A stretch of DNA of 63,673 bases, counting the filler, from Reclinomonas americana ATCC 50394 (taxonomy: Eukaryota), in NCBI GenBank assembly GCA_048213135.1. It is 7 parts of 4 records of this genome, joined end to end, with 100 filler letters (N's around TTAATTAATTAA, not from the genome) between each part and the next. Parts side by side here need not be neighbours in the genome. Positions count along the whole stretch, not along the records: positions 1 to 15,478 come from PS015188.1; positions 15,579 to 25,378 come from PS015188.1; positions 25,479 to 29,696 come from PS015189.1; 4 more parts are not named here. One strand, 5' to 3'. Under the pieces are notes generated by a model, which was given only the letters and a program-made list of their open reading frames with translations, made no database searches and was not told the DNA's origin. Both the position numbers and the translations under genes were made by a program. Within the stretch, counting starts at the first letter, position 1, and every line of letters starts with the position of its first letter. Of the stretch, positions 1 to 25,803 are shown piece after piece.

Positions 1-2162
1 ATGTTCTCGCTGTATCGCCAGCGCCGAGGCCCACCATTCGGCCTCCTCCTCACCGACTGCAGCGTCGGGGGCATGATCCACCAAATCGTGCGCTTCGTCT
101 GCGTCCTCCGCATCAGCTGCGGCAGGTACCGCTACACTGGCGGCGTCCATGTTGCCACGACGAATCTCACGCTCCCGCATCACATCCGCCACAGCCAGCA
201 GCTCAGTGTCGTACAACCTGTTGGCGCGCTTCGCCGCAGACATATTGCGCAGCTTGTCGATGAATTTCTTTCGGCGTTGACGCTTCTGCCGCCGCAACGC
301 TCGCCGTTGCGCAAACTCGTCGGGACTGGGAGAACCCGCAGCACCCTCTGCACCGCCGCCGCCGCCGCCGCCGCCACCCTCGCCGTCATCGCCCATGTCG
401 GCATCACCGTCACCAGGCATGTTGTCTGTGCGCCGCGCTCTCGACACCGCACTTGCACCACCGCGGCCAGCGACCACGGGGGGCGACACAGGCGAAGCGG
501 CCGAGTACGCTGATGGTGTTCCAAGCGCGCCCGGGGGGACACCGGGAGTGGTGTTGCCGAGAAGCGATCCGTGAACCGATGCGTCGCTGAGGTACGAGGA
601 CATTGGACTCGGCCACGGCATCGAGGCCAACGATCCCATTTGCGCGCCACCAAAGACCGGCGACTGTTGCTGCTGCTGCTGCAAACGCAACAACTGCTGC
701 TGCTGCTGCTGCTGTTGTTGTTGTTGTTGTTGGGAGAGAGCGGCGGCGAGCGGCGACTGGAACGCCGGCGATGTAACCGACGGCAACGGTAGGCCCCCTC
801 CCACCGGCGACATGAGTCGTGTCTGTGTGGGGGACAAGAGACTGGCAGTGGGCATCGTCATGGCGACGCCAGCAGCAGCGGAGGCGTAGGCGGCAGCGGC
901 AGCGGATTCTGCCTGTTGTCGCGCCAATTTGCGCTCGCGACGACGACGCTGCTTCGCCTGCTTTTCCGTCAAGTCGGGAACCGACGACCGTCGTTCGTTG
1001 GAAAGCGGCGGCATGGCCACCATCGCACCGTCAAAATGCTGCAGTTGCGAGTGCGGCGACCCGAGCACGCCACGTGACATTGTCGACAGAGGTGGGGACT
1101 GCTGAAACTGTTGAAACTGACGCAGATGTTCAGCGGCGTTCTGGTGCTGCAGCAGCTGCACCTCGTGCGGCGACATCATGCTCGCCTGCGACAGGTTCAT
1201 CATCAGCTGTTGCCGTTGTTGCTCCTGCTGATCCAGTAGTCGTTTCTGCTGTCGTCGCTGCCGCTTGCGGAGGCGTGCAGCCTCTGCCCGCGCGTCAATT
1301 TCCAACATTCTAGCGTTGTCTGTCGACGGCAGCGACGTGGACATGGTCATGGCCAGCGGCGGTCGGACCGCGCCGGCCGTTGCCGCCGCAGGTCTCTTGG
1401 CAAGAGGTTCGCTGAGAGCCGCTGAGGAACCATTCGACATGCGCGGCATGGCTGCTGATGCGCCCATGGCACCAAACATGTCAGAGACACGCGATGCCAG
1501 AAGACGGGGACTTTCGGAGGTTCCCATTTCGTTGTTGCGTTCGAGAAGTGACATGTCGGACTGGCGAGACCCGGTAAATGCTGCCGGCCGTTCGGCAAGT
1601 GCTTGTGTGACCTGGTGGACCAACGCATCGTTGCCAGCGCGACCGCCGGCGAGGCCCGGCGGAAACGGCAAGTACTTGGCCAGTGAATGACTGGCAGCGC
1701 TGGCCACCTCCGGTGTCTGCCACAGCGCACAAAACAGTGAATACACACACTGCACCAGGTGCCAACATGACTACGTGAGGAATTGTGCGCCTCACCCACG
1801 GCTGCAATGCAGCGGCGGCTGCAGAAGACAGTTGTAGTTCCAACTCTTGTTGACGCTGCTGCCGCTCCAGCTCTTGCTGTTGATGTTGCTGCTCAAGAAG
1901 CTGGCGTTGCAATTGCTCACGCTGCAGCTGTTGCTCAAGCAACTGTTGTTGACGCTGTTGCTCGAGCTGTTGTTGGCGTTGCTGGTCGGGGTGGTGTAGC
2001 CGTTGTTGCTCTTGCTGCTGTATGCGCTGTTGCACGAGTAGTTGGTGGCGTGTCTGCTCAAATTGCAACTGCTGTTCGAGCAAATGCTGGTGTCCCTGTT
2101 GCTCCAGCAGGAGCTGCTGCGCCTGCTGTCGCTGCTGTTCGGCCAACATGAGTTGTAATTGG

Positions 2163-2205
<43 letters not shown>

Positions 2206-2984
2206 GCTGTTGTTGTTGTTGTTGCTGCTGATATTGTTGCTGCTGTTGTAATTGCTGCTGCTGTTGCGACGGCGATGCAGCCGCTGCCGGTGGTGGTGGT
2301 GGTGGTGAAGGAGGAGACGGAGGAGAAGCGGGAGGTGGGGGAGGAGAAGATGCTGATGGCAGTGGTGGCGGTGGTGGTGGTGGTGGTGCGAGTGCTTGTG
2401 GCTTCGGTTTCTTTTGTCGCAAGGCGGTCGGCATAATGTGTGTCGATCGAGCGACGAACTCATGGCCAGGGGGCACGGCGACGCAGTACGGCGCCAGCAT
2501 CAGCATTTCGTTGTCGGTGACTGGGAGACCGAGAGCGGTAAGCAACTGCGTTCCCGGCCCGAAATGCTGTTCCAGCTGCACGCAGGACGAGCGATTTGGT
2601 GGACGTTGCCAAAAAAAAAAGAAAACGAGCACTCACTCACTCACACACCCTTGTGATGAAGCTGGAGAGTTGTTGTCGCACGGTTATGACTTTGAATTCA
2701 TCCGAGTTGGTGAGGTAGACCGTTTTGAGTAGCTTCTGCTTGTCCTTCTTGCGCCGTACTACACCGTCGCTCCCTGTGCGTGCGTGACCGTGTGTGAGTG
2801 CACAGGGGCCGGACTCCGGTGTGATGCGTGTTCGAAAATCGCAGCATACCCACAACCGGCGCTCTTGCCCGCGCCCGTGGTGGCGGTGCCGACGCCACGG
2901 GCGTTTCATCGGCTAGTGCTGGCACCGGTGGTGAACCAGCAGGTACGGGGGCCACGGCCTCCACGCCACTAGCTTGTTCGAAAA
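1..2984 (-). CDS. Low-complexity polyQ/Pro-rich protein; spliced; 3' end runs off the window, start not resolved
   Basis: Inferred exons 2984-2850, 2773-2649, 2575-1796 and 1716-1 join in frame at GT-AG junctions. They give a small globular segment (KLLKTVYLTNSDEFKVITV...LEQHFGPGTQLLTALGLPV), long polyQ/polyP tracts, and a basic segment RRQKRQRRKKFIDKLRNM. Confidence 0.65.
2162..2265. repeat. (GTT/GCT)n trinucleotide repeat encoding polyQ on the minus strand
   Basis: Directly visible run of ttg/ctg triplets. Confidence 0.95.
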
Positions 2985-5900
2985 CTGCAAACGCGCGGGA
3001 GAGCACATGAGTCAGTACAATTGGTGTACGTGTGTGCGCGGACACCCGCTGACATACAGGTGGTCCAAAACCCACAATGTGCGCACTCCCACACCACTCT
3101 CTGCTCCCCCTCGCACCAGTGCACCCACTCCCTCTGCCCACGCACTCCCAGAGATGCATGCGAAAGAGAGACCACGGAGGAGAGAGGGCCACAAAATACC
3201 ACCGAACAATGGTGGCGAGTGAGACATGGCAAATGTCGCCAGCGCCAGCACACACACTCTCTCATCCACACGCCCGTGCGCGAGTGTGCACACACACACA
3301 CTCTTGATCACACATACAAACAAACTGTCGAGTGTGCAACACACAAGCGAGAGCAACCAAAAGCGTCAACCAGATTGGACAGGCGAATTACGAGAGACGG
3401 AGTACACAGAGAGACAGCGCCATCGCTCTACCCCCGAGTAGCAGCAGTGTACGTGTGCGTGTGTGCAGGACTATCTGCGCAGGTTGATTCTTGGGAGTGG
3501 GGGCCCATGTGCGCAAATGGCGCGCGCCATGTTCGCACACCGCATTTTCCAACTCACTGTCTCATGCACCCACACGCACTTCGTCGCACAACACTCGCGG
3601 TCACTGCGCTGGCTCCCGAATGCACGTAGAGAGAGAAAGCAAGAAGCGATAAAGCGTATGTGCACCCACTCACACACACACACACACGCACACATAAAAA
3701 GACAATAACGTTGCGTGGGTGTGTGCGTGCGCCCCCTTCTCACCAAAGTACAGTGCAGCCATCGAGGCACTCACGAGAACGAGACACGCACAGCAACAAG
3801 AGTACGGCAGCGTATCTAGGAGTGACTGCGAAAAACAGCAGCGGCGCCAACCGAACATGGAGCACAATCAACGACGACGACAACAATAGCAGTTCGCCAT
3901 TGGACACCGGCGCGTGGAATGATGCGATTGGTACGACCCGCCCCTCCCACGACGATGCACAACACGAACAAGACACGCACGCAACTAGAGTCATCACCAC
4001 CTGCAGGTGCGTCGTCGGCCGCGGACATAAGGTGGAAGGTGGCGAAACACGCGGATCGCAACTGTGAGTGCGAGAAGAGTGAGTTTCACACACGCGCGCG
4101 TGTGCGTGTGTGCACACACTCACAGCGCGAGCACACGCACACGACAGATAACGGAAAAAGACTGACTTTGTAGAAATCCTCCCCCCAGAAGAGAGAGAGT
4201 GTGTGTGCGAGCGTGCTCTCTGAAGAGTGTGTGTGCGTGATACACACGGGGGGAAACAGAACTCCCGCGCGCGCAATGCAAATGGTCACGCACTGACATA
4301 TGCCACGGCGACCGGTCCTGTCGCAAATACGCACACCGACGAAACACACACTCTCACGGACCACGATGCACACTCTCTCACACACAACAACGAATACTGG
4401 AGATGCGAAGAGATTGGGTGTCCATCACACGGTGGAACTGATGCACACACTCAGAAATACAAACGCGCCCAGCGTACTTGGTGCACAACACACTCCCTCT
4501 CGCATATCACACACACACACGGTGTAGCAGTGGAACACGAGTGAGCAGGAGCCAGAGAGGACACATATATCGGTCGCAAAGCGGGAGCCGCACAGCGAGC
4601 ACAGTGGAAAGTAAAAAGAATGTAGGTTCGGCCCGATAGCACGAGGAGGGAACGACATGAGGTGGAAAAAAGTGATCACAAAAAACGCGCGCGCATTCAC
4701 ACACCTGCGGTATCACGGCGTGCACGTGTCCCTGCTCAACTGCGGCACGTCGGTGTGGCGGGGAGCTAGATACCTATGCAGGCGTGGTGTGTGTCAGGAT
4801 AAAAATGACACGGACCCAGCAATTGATACCGCACGCACAAGTGAAAGATTTGTGAGTGAACCGGTGACGTCATGCATTACGTACATGCAGGACCGTTTTG
4901 TGCGACGTTGATGTCTGAAAAGCTTGAAGCGGTGCGTGCTGCTGCTTGTGTTCGATGGCGTTGGTGGCCATGACGGTGGCCGAGGACTTGAGAGTGTCGG
5001 ACCGTGAAGGGAATGAGAAAGAATGTTGGGGACAAAACCGGACGTCGCCAATGTGTTGAAATTTTGTTCGTACGACGCGACAACAGCAACAATACACATC
5101 GCAGCATTTGTCTAGATGACCAAGTCCCACCACAGACAAAACATCAAGACAGGCACGAATCTCGACAGAGGCGGCAGGTTTGTTTGCAATTGCTCCTGCG
5201 ATCGCAGCTTCGAAAACGTGGGGGGAACTGCAATCGTCACCGCATAACAGCGTGGCTGAACAGTGAGTTGACGCACATGCATAGACGCAAAGCGTTTTCT
5301 GTGGGCGTACACGGGACATCCAGTCTGCGCATGCGCGGAAAAGGCCAAAGCCAAGCGTTACACTGCAAAGCCGGGTCCGGATCGGTGAACAATGCAAAGC
5401 AGTGGAGGCGACCTTTGCGGAGAGCATGTCGTGCTGTTGATGAAGTTGGTAATCCACTGGTCAACCTCGCTTTACGCGGTAAAGATCGCGACTTGCTCAA
5501 AGCTCCGACAGCGAACACCTGCAAAAAAAAAAGAAGTGCCACTTCAGCTGGTGCCGGTCCAGGCAAGTGCAGCAAATGAGCAGGACCAGTGCCGCGAGTC
5601 AAATCGAAAATCCGGATCGAAGGTACATTCTTCGGGGAGGCTGTTGGTTTCGCTGTTGCCTTGGTCGTCGTCGGATAAATTCTTTCAAATATCACCGCCC
5701 GATTTGTCATGGTCAGCTTCCTGCTTGCTTTTCGCTTGGTGTGGCGGATGCTCGGTACGCCTGCCCGGGGTACCCTGTACCACGCACTCCAAGAGCCGAT
5801 CACCTTTAGCGTCTGATGATGCGACAGCAGATTGCTCAATTCAGAACGCTCCGTGGTCCGATATTTCCCCAAATGCACATTTCCCTGCAGTCTCTCCCGA

Positions 5901-6448
5901 TCGCGAGGGCACTAGTTCATGTGTGGACAAGCAGTACGTCAACCAAGTAGGACTGGTGGACAGCGCTCGTGCACTCTCGACACACAATGTACTCGTTGAA
6001 CCGGTGCGATATTGCCTGTTCGTCATCAGCGCAATCTCCGCAGCGAGAGTTCACGCTTCGGTGGCCACGTACGCGCGGACCATCACCACAAACGCACACA
6101 AGTTAGACCGGCAGCGCATGACCTCCCCCACGTGCCGTAACGGCCTTCTCGTGCACCGTTGCGAGGCAACGTTCGAATTTGGCCGATATCTCAAGCACCG
6201 TGATGTTGCTGATCGTGAAGCTGGTGACCGCCAGTATTTCTCCAACAGGCATCACTGTGTGCACTGTCGCTTGGTACTGTGCACACACACACACACACAC
6301 CGCACTCCAACACGCACGCAGCCACCACCACATGCATAGGCGGCGTAACGTTCCGAGCGGATTCGGACACCGGCCGATCGCCTCCTACTTTGGCTTTCTG
6401 CAGTTCTCGTGCGCCGAGACAACTCGCGAATCCCACCTGTGTGTGTGC

Positions 6449-20985
<14,537 letters not shown>

Positions 20986-21107
20986 GAATGCACAGCACAT
21001 CCCCCCTACGCAGCAAAGTAGATAGAACAAGTAAATGCCCCGTATACAACTTCGTTGTGGACATGCAAAGTTTGTTGTCCGGCATCATCATTAACAGTCG
21101 GTCACAA

Positions 21108-22311
21108 ATGTGTTCACACGAGCTGGTGACGCACGTCGAGGAGTTTGTGCACAAGCAGATGGCTGGCAACGATGCCAGCCACGACTGGGCACACGTGCAT
21201 CGTGTTCGTCGCCTGGCACTGACGATTGCGGTGAGCAAACATGCAAGTGCGACGCGCACTCTTCTTTCTCTTTCTCTCTCTCACACACACACGCATGTGT
21301 GCATCTCCGACACACAGGAAAACGAGTCTCGGGAGACTGGTGTGCCGGTGGACATGGAACTTGTTGAACTCGGAGCGCTGTTGCATGATGTCGGAGATCG
21401 CAAGTATGCCTCTGCAGAGTTGCGTGTGTGCGCACACGCATGTGTGTGTGTGTGTGCATGCTTGTCTCTGAGAGAAGCTGACAGAATGGCGGTATGCGGT
21501 GCAGAGATGAGGACTGCGTGACACAGGTGAATCGCTTCCTTCGCCAGCATGACTACTCCGAGGCCAAGCTGGAGAAGTTGGCGTTCATCCTGGAGAATGT
21601 GTCGTTCTCGCAGTTGCGTTGCACCTCTCTCTCTCTCTCACACGTATGAGAGAGAACAGTCACCTCACATGTCATCATGCAGCGAGGTTGCCAGTGGCGG
21701 CTCACTGACTGTCACGCCAGAGTTGGCGGCGGTGCAGGATGCTGATCGTCTGGATGCTGTTGCGTCGACACTCATTGTTCTGACAGCAGGCGCCTTGACT
21801 TATGCATCCTCCCCGCCTGTGCAGATTGGAGCCGTCGGCATTGCGCGAGTCATGGCGTACTCGGGGCGCAAGGGACGACCGCTGTACGAGGCCGAGTTCA
21901 ACTCGAATCCCGACGGCTTCCTCGTCGAGTGCGAGAAGGCACTGGTACGACGCTATGCATCGCCCTCGCCCACCTCCTCGCTTCTCCACTCTTCTCCTCC
22001 TTCCCCTGCGCACACATCTCACCGACACGCGCAGAACGACCCGATCGACGTGGCGCAGTACAAGGACGCGCAACGGCGCGACTCCAGCATCAAGCACTTT
22101 TACGAGAAGCTGTTGAAGCTGCGCAGCATGATGAAGACGGCGGCGGGCCGTCGACTGGCCGAGGAGCGTCACCGTTTCATGGAGGTGCGTGTCCAATCTT
22201 TCTTTGTTTACGACGGTTTCTGCGCGCGCGTGGTGTGTATCCTCACGCGCCCTCCTCACTGTGCAGCTCTACCTGGACCAATTCTTTGCGGAGTGGCGAG
22301 GCGAGCGCTAA
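21108..22311 (+). CDS. HD-superfamily metal-dependent phosphohydrolase (YedJ/YpgQ-like), 6 introns
   Basis: Spliced motifs DASHDWAHVHRV, GALLHDVGDRKY, VQDADRLDA|IGAVGIAR and HFYEKLLKLRSMMKTAAGRRLAEERHRFME|LYLDQFFAEW. Stop TAA at 22309-22311. Confidence 0.92.
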
Positions 22312-22431
22312 AGCGCCAATTGTCGGTTTCTGCGATGAACGAATGAACAGTGTGCGAAGTAGAAACCGTTTTTTCTTGGGCGTATACAGTGATTAGTGAT
22401 TGAGAAAGAGACGCAGAGAGAGCCGGCGCGC

Positions 22432-24496
22432 ATGTCGAGTCGCCAGGATCGACCAGCCACAGCCAATGGCACCACCAATGGAGCAGTGCCTGTGCCACTC
22501 CACACAGTGGCGGTGTTGCAACTGAACGCGCCGTTGCTGGTTTGTTCCGAACAATCACGCACACACACACACTCTCACTCGCTCACTCACTCACACATAC
22601 ACAGACACACGGAACGACCGCTCCTCAACTCGCTCCACCCTCTCCCACCGCGCTTCTCCTGGGCGCCCCCGCGTCACCTGCGGGCACCGCAATCAACTTT
22701 GCGGTGACCTCACCGCGTCTGTTGACGCTCAACGAAGACGGTCCACCGCCTCCACCTCCTCCTCCAGCCACCACCGCCGCTGTCGGGCACATCCCTGCGC
22801 AACAGTTTCGGCGATTTGTGCCTCCACGATCTATGCAGCAGCAAATGGCGACACAGGCGGCGTCGCTCTCGCTGCGTCTGCGCCGGGATCCGCTGGCCTC
22901 GGCGCACCAGCGCGTGCTCAGTCTGCCCATGTCGGCATCAGTGCCGCATATGAGTATGGGAGGCGGCATTGGTGGTGGTGGAGAGGTTGGATCACCGCGA
23001 TCGAGAGGACCGGCGACAAAGCATCCGCGCAGTGCGGGTGCCGTGCGGAGTAGCACTGTGGCGAGCAGTAACATGTTCCCGGTGATCGCGGGCCAGCCTG
23101 GCGTTCAGGTGTGTGCGCGCGTTTCGTGCGTGCTGGCATCGATCCTCTCTGTCTCACCGCTGCTTTATTTTTTGTAGACACCTCGCGTCTCGTCGGCCAT
23201 GGCTGCGATCCCGCAAGTGACGGACTCGGCGGAGACTGAGGACGACACGTTTATGTTTAGGTGTGTGTCTGCGAGTGCTGTGCGGTCGCCGCTGCGGTCC
23301 TCCCCCACCCGACTCATCGACATTGTAGGAAATTCAACACGAAAATCCGTGGCCCATACAGCGCCCGTGACCGCGAGTTGAATCTCGGCATGGTGTCGCC
23401 GTATTCTGCGCGGTCTGGCAGTGCGTCGGCTCGTCCAGGTGTGTACTCGATTGCCGATCTCTCGTCTCCGCCGTTCACCCGTCTCTCATCGACTGTTCGC
23501 AGCGCGCGCCGAATCGGCCGCCTCGTACACGTCACCGGCGTCTCCGTTGCAGCGCAAGCTGGAAAAGTCTCGGCGTGACTTGCAACGCGCCTTGGCCACG
23601 ACGCAGTCGCTGACGGTGGAGACCACGGTCCCTGTCGAACCGGAGGAGCGGTGCAGCATGGAGTGGTACGCCAATGCGACTCGCAAGAAGATGGGCGAGC
23701 TGGTGGAGGCCATTGAGTACTGTTACGAGGAAGCAACAAGTCCACGCGGTGGCTCGGGTCGCCGCGTCAACGCTGTGCGAGCCATGATGGGTTTGTCACC
23801 GCTGCCATCTTGTATCGTCATCTGTGCCTCGCTCACTCCATGGCATCCACAGGCGTCAAGTCACTGGTGAAGACGCCGCGGACCACAGCGGAACAGCTGG
23901 TTGTCGCTCGCTTGCGCGACCCTCAGTTCAACGGCTGGCACAATGTCATTCACGAGCACGTCGACACGGTGTTCTCGCTGCACTCGAGATCCGCACAGCG
24001 TCACGACGTGGAGGAGCGTGCCATTGAGCATCAGCAGCACATGTGGACGGTGGTGACGCAGCGCGAGCGTCACGCACAGGCAAGTCGGAAGCGTGTGGTA
24101 GACATGCTGCACGAAGACGACAAGCTGATGCTGGAGGCGGGGAGGAGGCGCGATCATGTGCTGGAGCAGCGGGCGACACATCGAGCCAATGTGTCGCCGT
24201 CGCGTGCCCGGAGTGCCTCCCCACCACGCCCGCAATTACAACAACAGCAGCAGCAGCAACATTCACCGCAAAAGCAACATCACCGGCAGCAGCAGAAGCA
24301 GCAGCAATCGGCGCGATCACACCACGGCAACGGCAACGACAATGCCAGCAGTCGACTCTCCATACCACGTGATCCGGCCGATCGTGCGGCCGCCGCCTCC
24401 ACACTGCACTTGTTGGTGCCCGACTCCAGTGCCGGATCGGCCAAAAACGTAACTCGCGCCGTCCTCAATCGCCTGCTACCGGCGACAGGCACATGA
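22432..24496 (+). CDS. Uncharacterised low-complexity/coiled-coil protein, 5 introns
   Basis: In-frame exon chain through G|GT...AG introns from ATG 22432 to TGA 24494-24496. Helical segment SMEWYANATRKKMGELVEAIEYCYEE; Q-rich C-terminus. Confidence 0.65.
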
Positions 24497-24577
24497 GCTG
24501 TTTACGAAGTGAAAAAAAAAAAACGAGCAGACTTCACATGGCGTTCGTCCTCCAAGATCCGTCAGTCTCCGGCGCTC

Positions 24578-24973
24578 ATGGCCGCCACCGCCAGTGACAC
24601 CGCGGTCGACGACCACGAGAGTGTGGACTTTGACAGCGCCCCGCATCTTGCGCGCCTGAATGAGCACGACGAGGCACTGCTGCTCGACTGGATGGAGATG
24701 TATGCACCGCAGCGTGACACCACTGTCGTGCAACGATACCGCGGTGCGCGGGCGACGTGCCTCACACGCCATGCACTGGTGGTTGATGTGGACTGCCACG
24801 CGTGGGAGAATGAGGAGCGATTTGATCGCTTCTTTGAACACCGCGCGGAACTCACGGTGCGCGGTGTACGCATTCCGCTGGTGGAGGAGGTGCAGAGTGA
24901 GGCCGACTGGCTGCGTGTAAGGGAGCTGATGGAGCGTGCGGCCGTGGAGTGGCGTCACGCTGGCTTCTCCTGA
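24578..24973 (+). CDS. Small intronless protein, possibly DUF2470/HugZ-C-terminal-like
   Basis: ORF containing HLARLNEHDEALLLDWMEMYA...VRIPL...V.SE. It resembles the HMNxDH...RIPF pattern of DUF2470 as I recall it; not searched. Confidence 0.5.
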   Translation: MAATASDTAVDDHESVDFDSAPHLARLNEHDEALLLDWMEMYAPQRDTTVVQRYRGARATCLTRHALVVDVDCHAWENEERFDRFFEHRAELTVRGVRIPLVEEVQSEADWLRVRELMERAAVEWRHAGFS

Positions 24974-25008
24974 GTGAACTTTCGCTTGCGTTGTTTTTCA
25001 CTCTTGTC

Positions 25009-25378
25009 TCACGTCACGGCGGCGGTGCGTGTGCCGCTGGCGGGGCGCTTGCGATCACGTGAACGCTCCTCCAACCGACTCACTTCGTTGCGCAGCATCC
25101 TGACGGCATCGTGGACGAAGTCCAAGTCGCTGTCGTCGCCTCGCACGACCGGCAGCAGCGGCAGATGTGGTGCGGCTGGCGTGGCCTCCTCTGGCGGTGT
25201 GCCTGTGCCGTTAGCTTCCGCGTCTGTGCTCTCGTCGAGGCTCTCCAGCTCGGCCGGATTCGTGTGTGCCAGCTGCATGGCCGACTGCAGCTGTGGCTGC
25301 GTGGCGCGAGCGAGACGATTGCGATCTTGCGGAGGAATGATGCCGGACTGCACGAGCGCCACCAGCGAGTCGGCCGGG
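25009..25378 (-). CDS. 3' fragment of an unknown gene, truncated by a gap
   Basis: Open frame from the gap to a stop at 25009 (...DLDFVHDAVRMLRNEVSRLEERSRDRKRPASGTRTAAVT*). Confidence 0.5.
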
Positions 25379-25479
25379 NNNNNNNNNNNNNNNNNNNNNN
25401 NNNNNNNNNNNNNNNNNNNNNNTTAATTAATTAANNNNNNNNNNNNNNNNNNNNNNNNNNNNNNNNNNNNNNNNNNNNT

Positions 25480-25729
25480 TTGGATTTCCGATTGCTGTAC
25501 AGCGGCAAGGTGTGTGTGTGTGTGTGTGCGTACGTGTTGCAGAGCTCGGGTAGTGTGCTGATCGTTGTTGTTTCTCACGTAGATCCATCATTTGGACTTG
25601 GAGAAAGCGCGTGATCTCGCTCGCATGGAGCCCGTGCTGTTTCCGTGCTTCCTGGCCGACATGGACGACTATCACCGCCGGTTAGACGAACTGGCACGCA
25701 TCAACGGCATTGACCCACCACTTTTGTAG
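25480..25729 (+). CDS. 3' fragment (two exons) of an unknown gene, truncated by a gap
   Basis: LDFRLLYSGK|gtgtgt...cgtag|IHHLDLEKARDLARMEPVLFPCFLADMDDYHRRLDELARINGIDPPLL* ending in TAG. Confidence 0.55.
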
Positions 25730-25803
25730 CATTACATGTTTTGAGTTGTTTGTTGTTTGTTATTATTGTCTCGAGTGAGAAGAGCAAAGGAGAGAGACGG
25801 GGA

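Noticed and set aside
556-568. 13-nt match to the U2 snRNA 5' end (ATCGCTTCTCGGC) on the minus strand
   Set aside because: It lies inside a coding exon and lacks the following U2 stem and GTAGTA branch-pairing sequence.
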